Positions 28,992-46,267 of a DNA stretch of 64,000 nt are shown one piece after another; position 1 is the first letter of the stretch; each line of letters starts with the position of its first letter. Source of the stretch: the human T2T-CHM13v2.0 reference genome, Homo sapiens; assembly GCF_009914755.1 (NCBI RefSeq), contig NC_060925.1. One strand, given 5' to 3'. The translations under genes were made by a program, and so were the position numbers. The notes below the pieces were generated by a model. The model saw nothing but the letters and a program-made list of their open reading frames with translations. It made no database searches and was not told the origin of the DNA.

Positions 28992-30506
28992 CTTCTTGAG
29001 CTGCTTGAGGTTGCTGGAGCGGATGGCAGCCAATAGCTGGTCACGGGAGTTCTTCTCCTGGGCAGGGAGGACTTTGTCTCCCATCTTCCTCTGGGTAGCT
29101 GGTGAGAGTGAATTCTTCAGGTTCTCCATGATAAGGGGTGGAGCCAAGGGAGGGGGAGGGGGTGGTGGGGCAGCTGGAGCACCCCCTTTTTTGGGTGAGT
29201 TCTTTGGAGAGGGCTTTGGAGATGGTTGAGGTGAAGGTTTTGGGGAGCCCTTAGCCACGGCCCCGGCCTTGGGTACCTCCAGCAGATCCTTCTTCTCTCC
29301 CTTGGCTTCCTGTGCCTGCCTTTGCTCCTGCAGCCGCTTTTGTCTCTGCTTGTCCATGTTGCGGCTGAGCAGATTGGTGACAGTCATTCGGGGCCCGGCC
29401 AGCTCAAAATGGTAGCCCAGCTTGAGCAGGGTAGTATTCTCCTTCAGCAGCTTGGCGATCTCCATCTCCGTCTTGCCTCCACAGATGTGTCGCTGGTTGT
29501 GGAAGCGGAGCTCGGTCAGCGTGTTGTTCTGGAGGAGGGCCCGGAAGATGGCCAGGATGCCTTTGCCTGTGATGTGGTTGGAGTCCAGGTTGAGGCTGGT
29601 GATGGTCTTGTTGGCCTTGAGCATGATGGCAATGGCAAAGGCCACGTGGTCATCGGCTCGCGTGTTGGCCAAGGCGAACAGCTTAACCACAGTGTTGAAC
29701 TCCAGAGCCTCAGTAAACCGGACCAAGATCTCATTTGTGATGCAGTCTGAGTTGTTGACGTTCACCTCAGTCATCTCGGGGTCATTGTTCTTCACTCTCT
29801 CCAGAGGCTCATCAAATATGCTGGGAGCTGCCTCCTCCTCCACCTTGGCCGGTCCTTCAGAGGGCTTGGTGGGGCCACTGGGCGTCTGTTTCTCGGGTGT
29901 TTTGGTCTTGCTGTCATCCTTGGCTTCCTTTTCATGTAAGGGTTCATTCTTCTTGACTTTTTCATCGTCCTTTTTGGTGTCTGTGTTCCCAGTTCCTCTT
30001 TTTACCTTCTCATCCTCCTTTTTCATGTCTGTGTTCCCACCTGCTCTTTTCATCTTCTCACCCTCTTTTCTGGTGTCTGTGTTCCTACGCTCCCCTTTTA
30101 CCTTCTCATCATCCTCTTTCTTGGCCACCTCCTTCATCTCCTCTCTCTTTTTATCCTTGTCCCTGCTCAAGCCTGTGTTCCTGTCACTCCCTTTCTTCTC
30201 CTCTTCCTTCTTGGTGGCCACTGCCCTCTCCTCTCCTCTCCCATCCTTCCCTGCCTCCTTCTTATCCACTGCAGCCCTGACCCGGCCCTTGTCAATGCCC
30301 CGGATGATCTTCTCCTCCTTGGGCTTCTCGCCACTCTTGCCACCAGCTTCATCTCTGTCTCTAGAGAAGCTTTTCTTTAAACCACCCCTCTTTGGCTCCT
30401 TCCCCAGATCTGAGTCCCGTCTGGGGCCCAGGGCTTTTTTGCTGGCATCTCTGCCCCTTTCCTCTCCATTCTTGGCATCTGTCTTGGTCTCCACTTGCTT
30501 GCTTTC
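28992..30506 (-). CDS. LMOD1: Leiomodin-1 exon 2: charged repeat region, tropomodulin-type LRR actin-binding domain, SP repeats, polyproline, WH2 helix
   Basis: ttcttag|GAA acceptor; 1515 nt (505 codons, phase 0/0); LRR ([16 protein letters not shown]...[15 protein letters not shown]), [25 protein letters not shown]; donor is non-canonical TT in this sequence. Confidence 0.97.
29945..30185 (-). repeat. LMOD1: Coding 48-nt (16-aa) tandem repeat in LMOD1
   Basis: tctgtgttcc-type core at about 29980, 30028, 30076 and 30172; protein units like [16 protein letters not shown]. Confidence 0.85.
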
Positions 30507-30817
30507 CTAAGAATTCAGAAAAGAAAAATAATCATGAAAAGCTGGCTACAGAGGGAGAGGAATGAGTATGGGGATGTGTGGGGGAGCGCTTACATAACTG
30601 CCCTTGAGCCTCTGAAGGACAGTTGTGCTGTTTGGGAGAGTGGGGTGGATGTCTCCATTGAGGGCAGCAAAAGAGGGACTCAGGTTTAAGCTGCAGAAAT
30701 GGGATGACATCAGACTCAAGGCCTCAGGGTTGTGAGACAACCAAACAAATACCTGCAAAGGTTGTGGCAGTTCCTTTTATGGAGTATTCTCAGACCCAGA
30801 ATTGCCCTTTCCTATCA

Positions 30818-31425
<608 letters not shown>

Positions 31426-31654
31426 TGAAAACATCAGTTATCTTGCTCACTGAGTTTTTGGCATCCGCTTATATTCTGTGCCCAAGGTGAGTGCCTCACA
31501 TCCCTTCACCTTAGTCCTGGCCCCTGCTTTTAAGGAGTAGGCCAATAGTTCTGAGATACAGAAATTTTATAAGGCAATACATTTCCAAAGGAAAAAAAGG
31601 TAGAGGGATCAACATATGCTAACATTTTATTTTACCAATTAAGGATATTTGTAA

Positions 31655-32463
31655 ATTATTATCATTATTATTGTTATTATTATTATTTTTTTTTTTTAGA
31701 GATGGGGGTCTTGTTATGTTGCCCAGGCTGGACTCAAAATCCTATCCTCAAGCAGTCCTCCCACCTCAGCCTCCCAAAGTGCTGAGATCACAGGTGTGAG
31801 CTGCCATGCCCATCCGATATTTTAAAATTCTATCTACCATCATCATCTCATTAAAATAAGAAGGAGCTAATTTTAAAGAAGGTAGGCATAACAGAGTAAA
31901 GAATATACCTTAACAGCAAATATGTGTATTTTTTTAAATTCACAGTATTGTCCTTATTTTTAGTAAAAACTTAGCTAAGGACAAGCATCTCTCTGTGGAG
32001 AGCCCTGGAATTCATTGGGTCAGCTGATCTCTGGAAGACTCTGCCAGATTCTAGATCTTGGATTCTATGACTCAATTTTGACCCCCGAGACACTGAGAAG
32101 TTTGTGAGAGAGGCCATGGGACCAAGTCAGTTGAGCTGTGATGGGGGCTTGAGGTTTTTTTTGGTTTGTTTGTTTGTTTGTTTTTGACAGAGTCTTGCTC
32201 TGTCACCCAGGGTGGAGTGTGATGGCGCAATCTTGACTCATGGCAACCTCTGCCTCCCGGGTTCAAGTGATTCTCCTGCCTCAGCCTCCTGAGTAGCTGG
32301 GATTACAGGTGCACACTACCATGCCCAGCTAATTTTTGTATTTTTAGTAGAGACAGGGTTTCACCATGTTGGTCAGGCTGGTCTCGAACTCCTGACCTCA
32401 TGATCCACCCACCTCGGCCTCCCAAAGTGCTGGGATTACAGGCGTGAGCCGCCGCGCCAGGCT
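31655..32463 (-). mobile_element. Alu monomer (31655-31815) and full Alu (32155-32463)
   Basis: Reverse Alu consensus; ggggcttgag duplication around the second. Confidence 0.9.
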
Positions 32464-33854
32464 GGGGGCTTGAGTTTTATACACAGCATAAGCCACCCAC
32501 ACCTCCATGGATCCCTGTTTCTTCCTCCGTAAGGTTGCACCGAGCCTGAGCCCTGTTTTGAGAGCACTTGCTTCTCGTCTTCATCAGAGAAGCAGAGGAA
32601 GTGGCAGAGTTAGACATTAGACATAGAGTAGACATTAGACTTAACTGTCCAACTGTGACCCCAGAGCAACTGGGACTTAAAGGGAGGCTGTGATGTCCTC
32701 CCCTAAAGGTTTTTCAAGAGGAAGAGACTATGGTTTGAATATTTAAAAAGTTTTCTTTCAAGAGTGCCAGGTTGGGGTGTGGGGAGAGGGCAGGGAAGAA
32801 AGGAAAGCAGCTCTCTGTCGCACTCTCGGGCCCAAGTAGCATTTCTTCAACCTCCGCTCTTCGCCGAGGGAATGGAAAGAAAAGTGAGTCCTATGGAAAC
32901 GGTTTGTACCTGCACCACAAACACATGCCATTGGGGACCAGCCCCTGGGTTTTTTTAGCAGCGAGAGTCCTTGGCTCCTCTGCTAGAATCACAATAAGCA
33001 GCCAAGGGGCACAGGGCCTAGTGAGACAGGGCCTTGGAATGTATCTGTTCTAGCCTCCTGCCCTGCAGGCCCCAAGGTCCAGCTGCACTGGAGGCCCCAC
33101 TGGGGCTATGGTGATGGAGCAAGGGGCAGAGAGCTCCCCCTCCCACTCACTCAGGCCCCCAGGGAACTGGGTTTGACCCTCAGATCAACTGGGTTTGACC
33201 CTGGAGCAGAAGTGATGGTGACCTTACTGAACCTTGATTTGAAAGGGACAGAAGGAGAGGAGTATGCAAATAGAATGGAAACAAGGAAACCCAATGGATC
33301 AGCCCTTTTAGGATCTGCCCATAGTTTGACCAGGAAATTCCCTCTCCTATTCCCTGATCCCATCAAGTTGAGAGCAGTTCCATCACTGATTCTGTCCACT
33401 TTTGGAGCTTGGAGGTGAGAGCTGGAGGGACCAGCCTCTCTAGGCCCATGGTCTAGAGATTAGGCCTCCAGGGCAAAGACTCCTGCCCTCCCCTCTTCCT
33501 TCCTTTCCCAAAATGTGCACATTTCAGGAGTTCTCAGAGCCCACTGTGCACTGCGTAGCTTCCCTTTCCAGAGTTCCCACGCCACTTGTAGGCTTCACTC
33601 AGAGAGAAACTGGGGATCCAGAGAGATGATGAGTTAACTGACTTCACCTAGCAAGTTCGGGAAAAGCTGGATTTCAGACCTGACTGTCTCACTAACAGCC
33701 ACCAAGTCAATGTAACCATCTCTAACCTTCCCCATCAGGGGCCAAAGCAGCTCCTCTCGGCCCACCCAGCATCCCTGGAGTACTCAAGTGCCCAGCTGCC
33801 CACAGAGCCTCACCCACCAGCCTCCTCTTTTCACGCAGCCCCCTTCAGAGCTAG

Positions 33855-34313
<459 letters not shown>

Positions 34314-36466
34314 TAGTTACCTCCCCTACCCTGGGGTCCTAGTTGGCAAGGATCTGCCAAGTGTCTGTTCTTGAGGAGGTGTGCCAACACTTTAAAAAGA
34401 ACCTAATGAAAAACAGGCTGGGGGTGGGAGGGAAAGGGTTGATTAATCATCAGTTTCCTCCAAATAGCCAGGAATGAGAGGGGCTGGAGCTTGTTGCCGC
34501 TTGTGTAGCCCTGAGCACTCAAACGTTGCCTTAAAAGGAGAAGGAGCCCAGAGTCCTCCCAGGGCTGGGATTTCTGTTGAGCTGAGCTCCTCGGAGCCGG
34601 CACATAGCAGAGCTGCTTCCTTCGTGCTAATCTGAAAGGGAGGCTAGGAAAACTTCTTCTTGCTTCCAGAATTGATGGTACATCCCGGTGACCTCCAGAG
34701 GTTATTTTTGCCTGTGTTTCTGTCGCTAGACCTTACTCAACTGTCTATCCCTTATAGCAGGAGGAATTTAGGTTAGATATAACAAAGAACTTCCATGCAG
34801 TAAAGGTCCACAGGCCTCTTGATGAGAAAACTAGGTAGCAACAGTTATTTTTTCCCTTTGCGAAAAGCATTAGGGTTAGGGGAAGCCCGCAGGGGTGGTT
34901 TGGGAGTCCCTGGTTGGAGGCAGGGGAATGGAAAGGATGACCTCTGAAAGCCGGTACTGACCTGTGACACATTGAGGTACCTAGTGATTGGGCTCAGAGT
35001 AAGAAACGGCTCCTTGCCCCCATCTCCTCCAGGCCTTATGGCTACATGATGTTGCTCTGTGTCTGCCACGTGCGTTAGGATCCAAGTTTAATGCCCTTGA
35101 TAGGTTCAGATGGGCAGAGCACAGCATTTTCTCCCTTACCTTGGCCCTTCTGATGCTGCTTTCTTTAGAAGTCTTATCTGATTAAACAGAGGAGAGAACA
35201 TTTCACCACCTCCATTGGCAAAAGATGAGAGGAAAAGGATTATTTGTCTATCCAGAAAGTTTAAAATGAGAACTTGCTGAGAGCAAGGGCCAGAGCCTCT
35301 GTGTGCTGCATTCGGCAACCACAGCCCACTGATACCTTGCCAGCCCACACCGTCCCCCACTGAGGTCACCTTCTTCCTTCCTGTGACCCATCACCTGAGG
35401 AGGAGGCATCTCCCTCTCTGCAGAGTCATTTGGACCCATGTAGCTGCAAGGGAGGAAGTCTGCAGACAGACCCTGGGGAGAATGGCTCCAGCAGGAGGTT
35501 GGAAGATGAGTCTGCCTGTGCTTGCAGAGGTCACTTTCCAGGCACTCGCCTAGGAGAGGGCAGAGCCAAGGAGGGCAGGGCTGACTAGCATTGACTGCAC
35601 CCTCACAGGTGATACCACTGCCGTGAATTCAGAAGTATTTGTTCCTTTCCCAAAGCAAGACCGAGGTGATGGCAGTTCCGACGGTTTGATGCCACCCTTG
35701 CTACGTCCCCTCAATGTGGCCTGGTGATACCTGTGCAGTCTTTTCATCTGGAGGCATCCGGAATGCCCCTAGCTCGAGCTCCTGGCTGAGGGTAGGATCT
35801 ATGGGGTCTCCAAACTCTGCTTCTAGGAGACTTTTTCTAGGCCTTGGCTAAAGTCCCCTAGGACATTAAAGCTACAGTCTGTGTGGATCTGGAGCTCATT
35901 AGAAGACAGCATTTTTACCTTGGCCTAGGCTGTGGCCTACTGCTGGTTTCTCCTTGACCAAAGTTATATTTACCAGGAAAGCCCCAGGGAAATATGTGAC
36001 ATCTCCCAGTCCCACTCTCATGCACAAACTCCTTACCACCTGTCCATCCGCATCCTGCATCAGTCCCCCCACCCGCCTCCACCATGTCTCAGAGCCCCTG
36101 AACATTCCCCTGCATTTCCCATGAAGCTGTCCCACCAAGAACTGGGGCTCTGGCCCACTCCCTCCAGCCACCTAGGGACTTCCTGATACCAGGCACTGCA
36201 GCTGCCAGTCTCATCTATCTTTACAAGGGAGGGCAGGGAAGAGCTGACTATGGGCTGGAGGGCCTGTCAAAGGTCCCCTGGGACAGCAGATGCCTTACAG
36301 GGCTGGTGTGCAGGGCAGGGCAGGCAGCAGGGCCCAGGGCTGGAAGGGACCGGGGGAGTTCACCCACTGCAGTCTCCTGCCGCATTCCATGTGGAGTGCC
36401 AAATCTTTTATTGTTTTCCACCAAAAAGAAAGATTCTAGAGTCTCTGGAAAAGAAGTTTAAGGAGG

Positions 36467-36608
36467 GGCCAGGCACAGTGGCTGACCCCTGTAATCCTGT
36501 CACTTTGGGAGGCTGAGGCAGGAGGACTGCTTGAGCCCAGAAGTTCAGGACTAGCCTGGGCAACATAGTGAGTGAGACTCTGTCTCTATTTAAAATAAAT
36601 AAATAAAT
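36467..36608 (+). mobile_element. Alu left monomer (FLAM-like)
   Basis: Single monomer with (AAAT)n tail. Confidence 0.88.
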
Positions 36609-36904
36609 AGACAAGTTTAAGGGAGGTCCATTGTCCTATGGGGAAAGTTGGATTCCTGGCACCAGCTGTCCTGGGTAGGGGCCGTAATGCCTGTTTCCCT
36701 TGGTGGAATGTGGAGCAGGAGTCCTCTACTGAGGCTAGGCCCAGCTCATTAGACATCAAAGATTCAGATCTTGTAACAACTGATATTGCCCCTAGAAAAC
36801 TACAGGTTCCCTTTACGGCTGCCAGGAAAACTGGGGGCTGTTCCGGAAAAGTTCTGCCCATAGTGGCATATGAGCCCACTGGGTCTTTAGACAGTTGGCC
36901 TATG

Positions 36905-37030
36905 TGCAAATCCCAGCTCTGCCCCTAACTAGCTCTGTGACCTTGGCTGAGACACTTAGCACCTCTGAACCTGTTGTCTCATATGTACAATGGGACTGAT
37001 CCCTCTGGGGATCCTCACTGGGTTGTAAGT
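36905..37030 (+). mobile_element. MIR fragment
   Basis: caaatcccagctctgcccctaactagctctgtgaccttggc core. Confidence 0.8.
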
Positions 37031-39114
37031 GGTAGAACCAGGACTCAAACCTAGATCCCGATGACAAGAAAGCCTTGAATAGGAGATAGGCTGTAAAAAT
37101 CTGGGTCCTTCTGAGAAGTGATTAAGCCTCGAGGGCAGGCAGTAGGGCCCCAACCTCCTCCTATCTGAGCCCCTGCCCCCTTTGCTTAGTATCTTGGTAT
37201 TGTTTAGCAGGGTGAAATTTGTTCTTACCCAGAATGGAACTACATTGTGTGCTTTTCCATGGAAAATGAAATGACCATGTATTAAGCCCTGGAGACCTGC
37301 CTGGAGGGCTACAAGCTGGGAAGGGATGAGGCTGCTTTGAGAAGCCTCCCCCAAACCCACCCCAGTCCTATGGTGACAGAGGCCAGGGTGGAGTGGGATA
37401 GGGACAGGTATTATCCCCACCAACAATAGCAACTAGCACTTGTAGGGAGCTACACTTGTTGGGCCCTGTGGGTGCCAGGAGTCTGTCCTCTCAAGCCATT
37501 CCACCAAGAATCCTGCTGCGGGCCTTGCTCGTTCATCCATTCACGGCCCCATTCACCAAGAGGCTTCTGTCAACACTGTATGAGGGACACAGTGCTACAT
37601 GAGAAACAGTCTTGCCCTCACAACTTAGGGGACGTGGCCGACCAGGGGACAAGTTCACATCAAAGTGTATGTAGCAGAGGGTGTTGAGGGCATGCCCCCC
37701 ACCATAGAGCAGGCCTCCCCGCTGCTGAAGAGCTACCGCTTCAGCCAACAGCATTCCTTCAGGCCAGCCACAGAATCACTGCAGCCTCCCCCAAAAGGCC
37801 AGCAGCCCCTTTCTTAGCCATTCTCAGACTGAAGTTCTTCAACTCCTGTTCTGGCAGTGGCTCAGGGACTAGGTCTCAGCACCTGCCAGCAACCCTCTTT
37901 TTTGGTTATCCCAGCTCTGACCCTTCCCAGCCCATCCCATACCTGCTTCCGCTACTTCAAAGCCCCCACTCTGGTGAAACATTGGCTGTCTCCACTGGCC
38001 TGTGCTGGATGAGTTCTAAGGGAACCCTTCCATTCACCCCTCCAAGTTATAAGAGACTTCTGGGGAAACTGTGACCCAGAAATGGGGTTGGAGAAGGGAG
38101 AAGAAAATGACAAGTGAGGATGGAGTGCAAGTATAACCTCACCCCCTTAGGTTAACATCTCTGGAAACATACTTTTGGGAATGTTCAAGGGCTTATACAC
38201 AAAAACCCAAACAGATGCTCAGCTCCTGCCCATACTGGAGCACAGTTAATCCCCTGAAAAACAGGGGCTCAACACAGAATTCCTAATTTGGGGTTGGGGG
38301 CTTTGGTATATGTTGTGGGGGTGCTACAGGGCGGCCTTCTTGTGTACTTTCCGAGACTACTGACAGCACTGCATAGCTGGAGCTCCCAGCCCCTGACCAA
38401 GGCAGGAGAGAGTAAGAACACTCAGCAAGGGGGTTTACACACCGCAGGTACTCTGGAAATGCTTGGTGATGACAGCAAAGTGCACCATCCCCAAATAACC
38501 CACATGGAAACTGTCCGAAATGGAAGGGAGTCAGGCTCTTCCCACATGGCCCCAGCATGGCCCCTCAACTCCAGAGCCCTCAGAGCTCTCAGCCATTCCC
38601 TGCTCCCAACCTTAGGCCCTGTTGATAGACAGCATGCGACCCAATCCGCACCCAATAAACCTGACAAGCAACGCTGGAGGCTTGTGCTCTCATTCCGCAG
38701 AAGAATGCTGGCCATGTGGGCACAGCCTCCCACATGCTCAGGGCTTCAGAAGGGTCATCCAGGGCACCCCCCAGGGGAACATGTATACCTGGTAAAATGT
38801 GGGCTGAGAAGCTAAGGCCCATGCAGTCATGAAGCTACGAAAAGCTGTGCTCCTGCAGGCATCCCAGATGCCCATACTGCTCCATTCCCACCCTGCCTGA
38901 CCTCTCGGTGGCTTCTCACTGCACTCCAGGAGCCAACCCACTTGTGAGTGTGTGAGGCAACTCGTGGGGGTGGGGCGTAGCATGCAGCCCCCTGGCAAAA
39001 TGTCTGCAGATGATGGGGTCTCAGGTGTGAGAATGGCCACCCCTTCCATCCAGTGAAGAAACCAGAGAAATTCTAACACTGGAGGAGCTCATTTCATAGC
39101 TTTGAGCCCATATT

Positions 39115-40762
<1,648 letters not shown>

Positions 40763-41088
40763 TAAGGAGTGAATGCCACACTCCTGCCAGGAGCTCCCTG
40801 CAAAGCACACAACACAAACCCAAAGAGAGCTATCTGGGCATGTGATCATTTGGCCAGATGCACTCAAGTGCCAAGGACTGGGCTCAGCTCTGGGGACACA
40901 GGGATAGATAAGGTATGAATCTCTGCAGAGAGATGGTGAATCGAATGTCACCCCGGAAGTTTCTCCAGCATTCCCTTGGATTTCATGCCAGACTGAGAGG
41001 AGGGACCATCTAGAGGAAAAGGTCCAGATGGCTTTTGCTAAGGCAGAGTTAGGGAGAAGGCAGCCTCAAGAAACTAAAGCCAAGGTCA

Positions 41089-43345
<2,257 letters not shown>

Positions 43346-43504
43346 TATGCTGTTCCAGGACAAGGCTCGCCTCCTTAATCCTCAATTCTCATCTAGATCA
43401 TTGCTAACCCTTTTGCTGCTGAGGAAGGTATGTGGGCAAGAGTGAGGCTTAAGCCCTGCCAAATGGAGGCTGCTGCCTGTGAAATGGGGACACCTCCAAA
43501 ATTT

Positions 43505-43760
43505 GAATTCAGAGTTTCCTTCCTGTTTAAGGCTGAATAGTATTCCATTGTATGTATATACCTTGATAATTTTAGCATTTTATGTAAATTATACATAAAA
43601 TGTATAATTTATGTAGCTTGTTTATCTATTCATCCATTGATAGACACTTGGGCTGTTTTTGGCTATTGTGAATAATGCTGCTATGAACATATCTGTGTGG
43701 GTCCTTGCTTTCAACTCTTTGGGAGTGTAGATGGACCCAAAAGTGGAACCGCTGGCCATG
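43505..43760 (-). mobile_element. Old L1 (L1M) fragment
   Basis: ggctgaatagtattccattgtatg...catccattgatagacacttgggctg...gctattgtgaataatgctgctatgaacat. Confidence 0.85.
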
Positions 43761-45642
43761 AGACCCAAATTCTGACTTCTCTGCACCACCCACCTTGACT
43801 GCTTCACCTCTTGTTCTATCCAGCACGTCAGTCATCACCTTGCCAGTATCCTCAACCCCAGTCACACGTGCCAGCCAAAGCCCCAACCCTACAGCCAAAG
43901 CACTGACTGCAGGCCTGTGTGGCTCCTCCTCCCAGGTGCTGGGCTATCTGGGGAGAGTAGCCCACACCCCACGTGGTGCCGTCCACTGTCTGCAGCCCCT
44001 GTGAACCCTAACACTCACAAGTGGCGCCAATGCTGAGGACCAGCTTGAGAGTCAGAAGGCCAGGGTTCCACACTTTGCTCTTATGTCAACATGGACAGGT
44101 TAATTTGCCTTCCTCATCTGTAAAACGGGGATCACATCTGGTACGGGGCGGTATTAAGGCTTCATTGAGGTGAGTGGATAACACATCCACTTCCTGTGGC
44201 TGCACAGGAAGCTTTCAATAAAAGGTAACTGTCATTATGGGTCTAGCTCTCTCCTGGTTCTTCATAGCATCTATCCGAATTCTTCTCCCTTCTCTTAGTA
44301 TCTCTCGTCCCACTCCACCCCTATTCTTGGCAGACAATCTCCTCTAATTTCTTCCCAGGCAGACAGAGGAAACAACCCATGGCAATTCTCCAACTTCCTG
44401 CCACCTCTTCTACAAACTCACCTCCAGGCTCATCTTTCACCTTCCCTCTCCTCCTGCCCAGGCTCACCCCTCCCCACGCACTCTGGTGCCCACCCCTCCT
44501 CCCCACATTGCACTCCCGCACCCTCTTCCACAGCCTTAGCCTCTCCCTCTTTCCTGGCCCCTTCCCACCACCCTTTAAACCTGCCCATCTCTCCCGGTTA
44601 ATCAGATCCTCCTTCTGTCCACAGTCCCTTCCAGCTGTAGCGCCAGCCTTCCCGTATACCCAAACTTCCTCAAAGAGCTCTACTTTTTGATCCCTATTCA
44701 TTCCTCAATCCAACACACTCTTGCCTCACCCCCAACATTCCATGGAAATTAGTTTCATCCAGATCACTTCTGACCCTCCTGTCACTAAGTCGGATTTATC
44801 TTTTATTTCATATATTGCTCAAACTGCGTGGGAAGCATCTGGCGCTATTGGCCAGGTCCTTCCTTCAAAACGCTTCCCCATCGGTTTCCACCGCAGCCTT
44901 CATGGCTTTCCTCCTAGCTCTCTGACAGCTCCTTTAGGCCTCCTTCAAGGACCCTCTTCCTTGAGACGTGGGTGTTGGCAAGGTCTTATTTTAGGCCTCC
45001 TTTGTTTTCACCTTTAGAGCCTCTCACCGGATTATCTCATCCATTCTGATGGCATCAGCTGCATTCTACGTACTGATGTCTCTCAAAGCTGGATCTCTGG
45101 GCCAGACACTACTAGGAAGGTAGTACCGTCTAATGAATATCTTGGTTTGTGTGCCCCAAAGTACCTCAAAAACTGGACTCCTTATCTTCCCCCACTGCCT
45201 TGCCGACCCCTGCACTATTCCCTATCTGGGCAAGTCGCTCCTCTAAACACCCAGTGGCTCCAATCAGAACCCGGCTGGGAAGAGGAAAGGAGGGATCTGT
45301 GGGGAGGCAACGTGGACCCCTCTGCACCCCGCTCTGCACTCACTCACCCTTCCCTACCAGTAGCCCAAGTGATTTTGGGGGAAGGCTGGGAAATCGACCT
45401 ATTCTATACTCCCTCGTTACCTGCACACAGATACTACAGCCTGAACCCCACTCAGATCAATCCCTCTCCTCCATCCTCACAGATGTTCCCTTGGTCCAGG
45501 CCACTATCACCTCTCATGGGGTTATAGCAACAACCTCCTCTCGGTTTCGCTGACCTCCTCCAGGGCGATCCTTGCACGGCAGCCCCAGGGACCTTGCTGA
45601 AGGCCAGACCCATCCGAAGCCTTTCAGTGTCTAATGTCTGAA

Positions 45643-46267
45643 CTTTTTTTTTTTGATACAAGGTCTCATTCTCTCCTCTGGGCTGCAGTGCAGTGGTGTG
45701 ACACGGCTCACTGCAGCCTTGACTTCCTCCGGCTTGTGATCCTCCCACCTCAGCCTCCTAGGTAGCTGCTACTACAGGCATGCACCACCACACCCAGCGG
45801 ATTTTTGTATTTTTTGTAGAGATGGGGTTTCGCCATGTTGCCCAGGCTGGTCTTAAACTTCTGGGCTCAAGCGATCCACACACCTTGGCCTCTCGGAGTG
45901 CTGAGATTACGGTGTGAGCCACCACACCTGGCTTGAACTACTTTTATGATCAGAAAAATACAACAAAGGCACATCTATTCCAGGACTTTGGAAGGTCAGG
46001 GTGAGGGGAAGCTGGAGCCCAGGAGTTCAAGACCTTCCTGGGCAACATGGTGAAACTCCATCTCTACAAAAAATACAAACATTAGCCAGGCGTGGTGGCA
46101 TGTGCTTGTAGCCCTAGCTACCTGGGAGGCTGAGGTGAGAGGATCACCTGAGCCAAGGGAGGTCGAGGTTGCAGTGAGCCGTGATCATGCCACTGCACTC
46201 CAGCCTGAGCAACAGAGAGAGACCCTGTCTCAAAAAACAAAACAAAACAAAACAAAAACCAACAAAA
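45643..46267. mobile_element. Head-to-head inverted Alu pair (45643-45932 minus; 45985-46267 plus)
   Basis: Opposite-orientation AluJ-like consensus about 50 bp apart. Confidence 0.9.

Noticed and set aside
29185-29194. CArG match CCTTTTTTGG in LMOD1 exon 2 (also matches at 6905-6914 and 20391-20400)
   Set aside because: Explained by PKKG codons or chance; no supporting motif context
28881-30494. 537-aa ORF as a stand-alone single-exon gene
   Set aside because: It starts at an internal GTG just inside a good acceptor and its last 36 aa are intronic read-through; it is LMOD1 exon 2
29322-30510. 362-aa and 142-aa plus-strand ORFs
   Set aside because: Antisense shadows of the Lys/Glu-rich LMOD1 exon; Ser/Phe/Leu low complexity, no domain; the longer one starts at a non-ATG codon
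36956-37754. Possible processed pseudogene or hidden ORFs in LMOD1 intron 1
   Set aside because: No recognisable protein similarity, poly(A) tail or TSD; overlaps MIR/L2-like text
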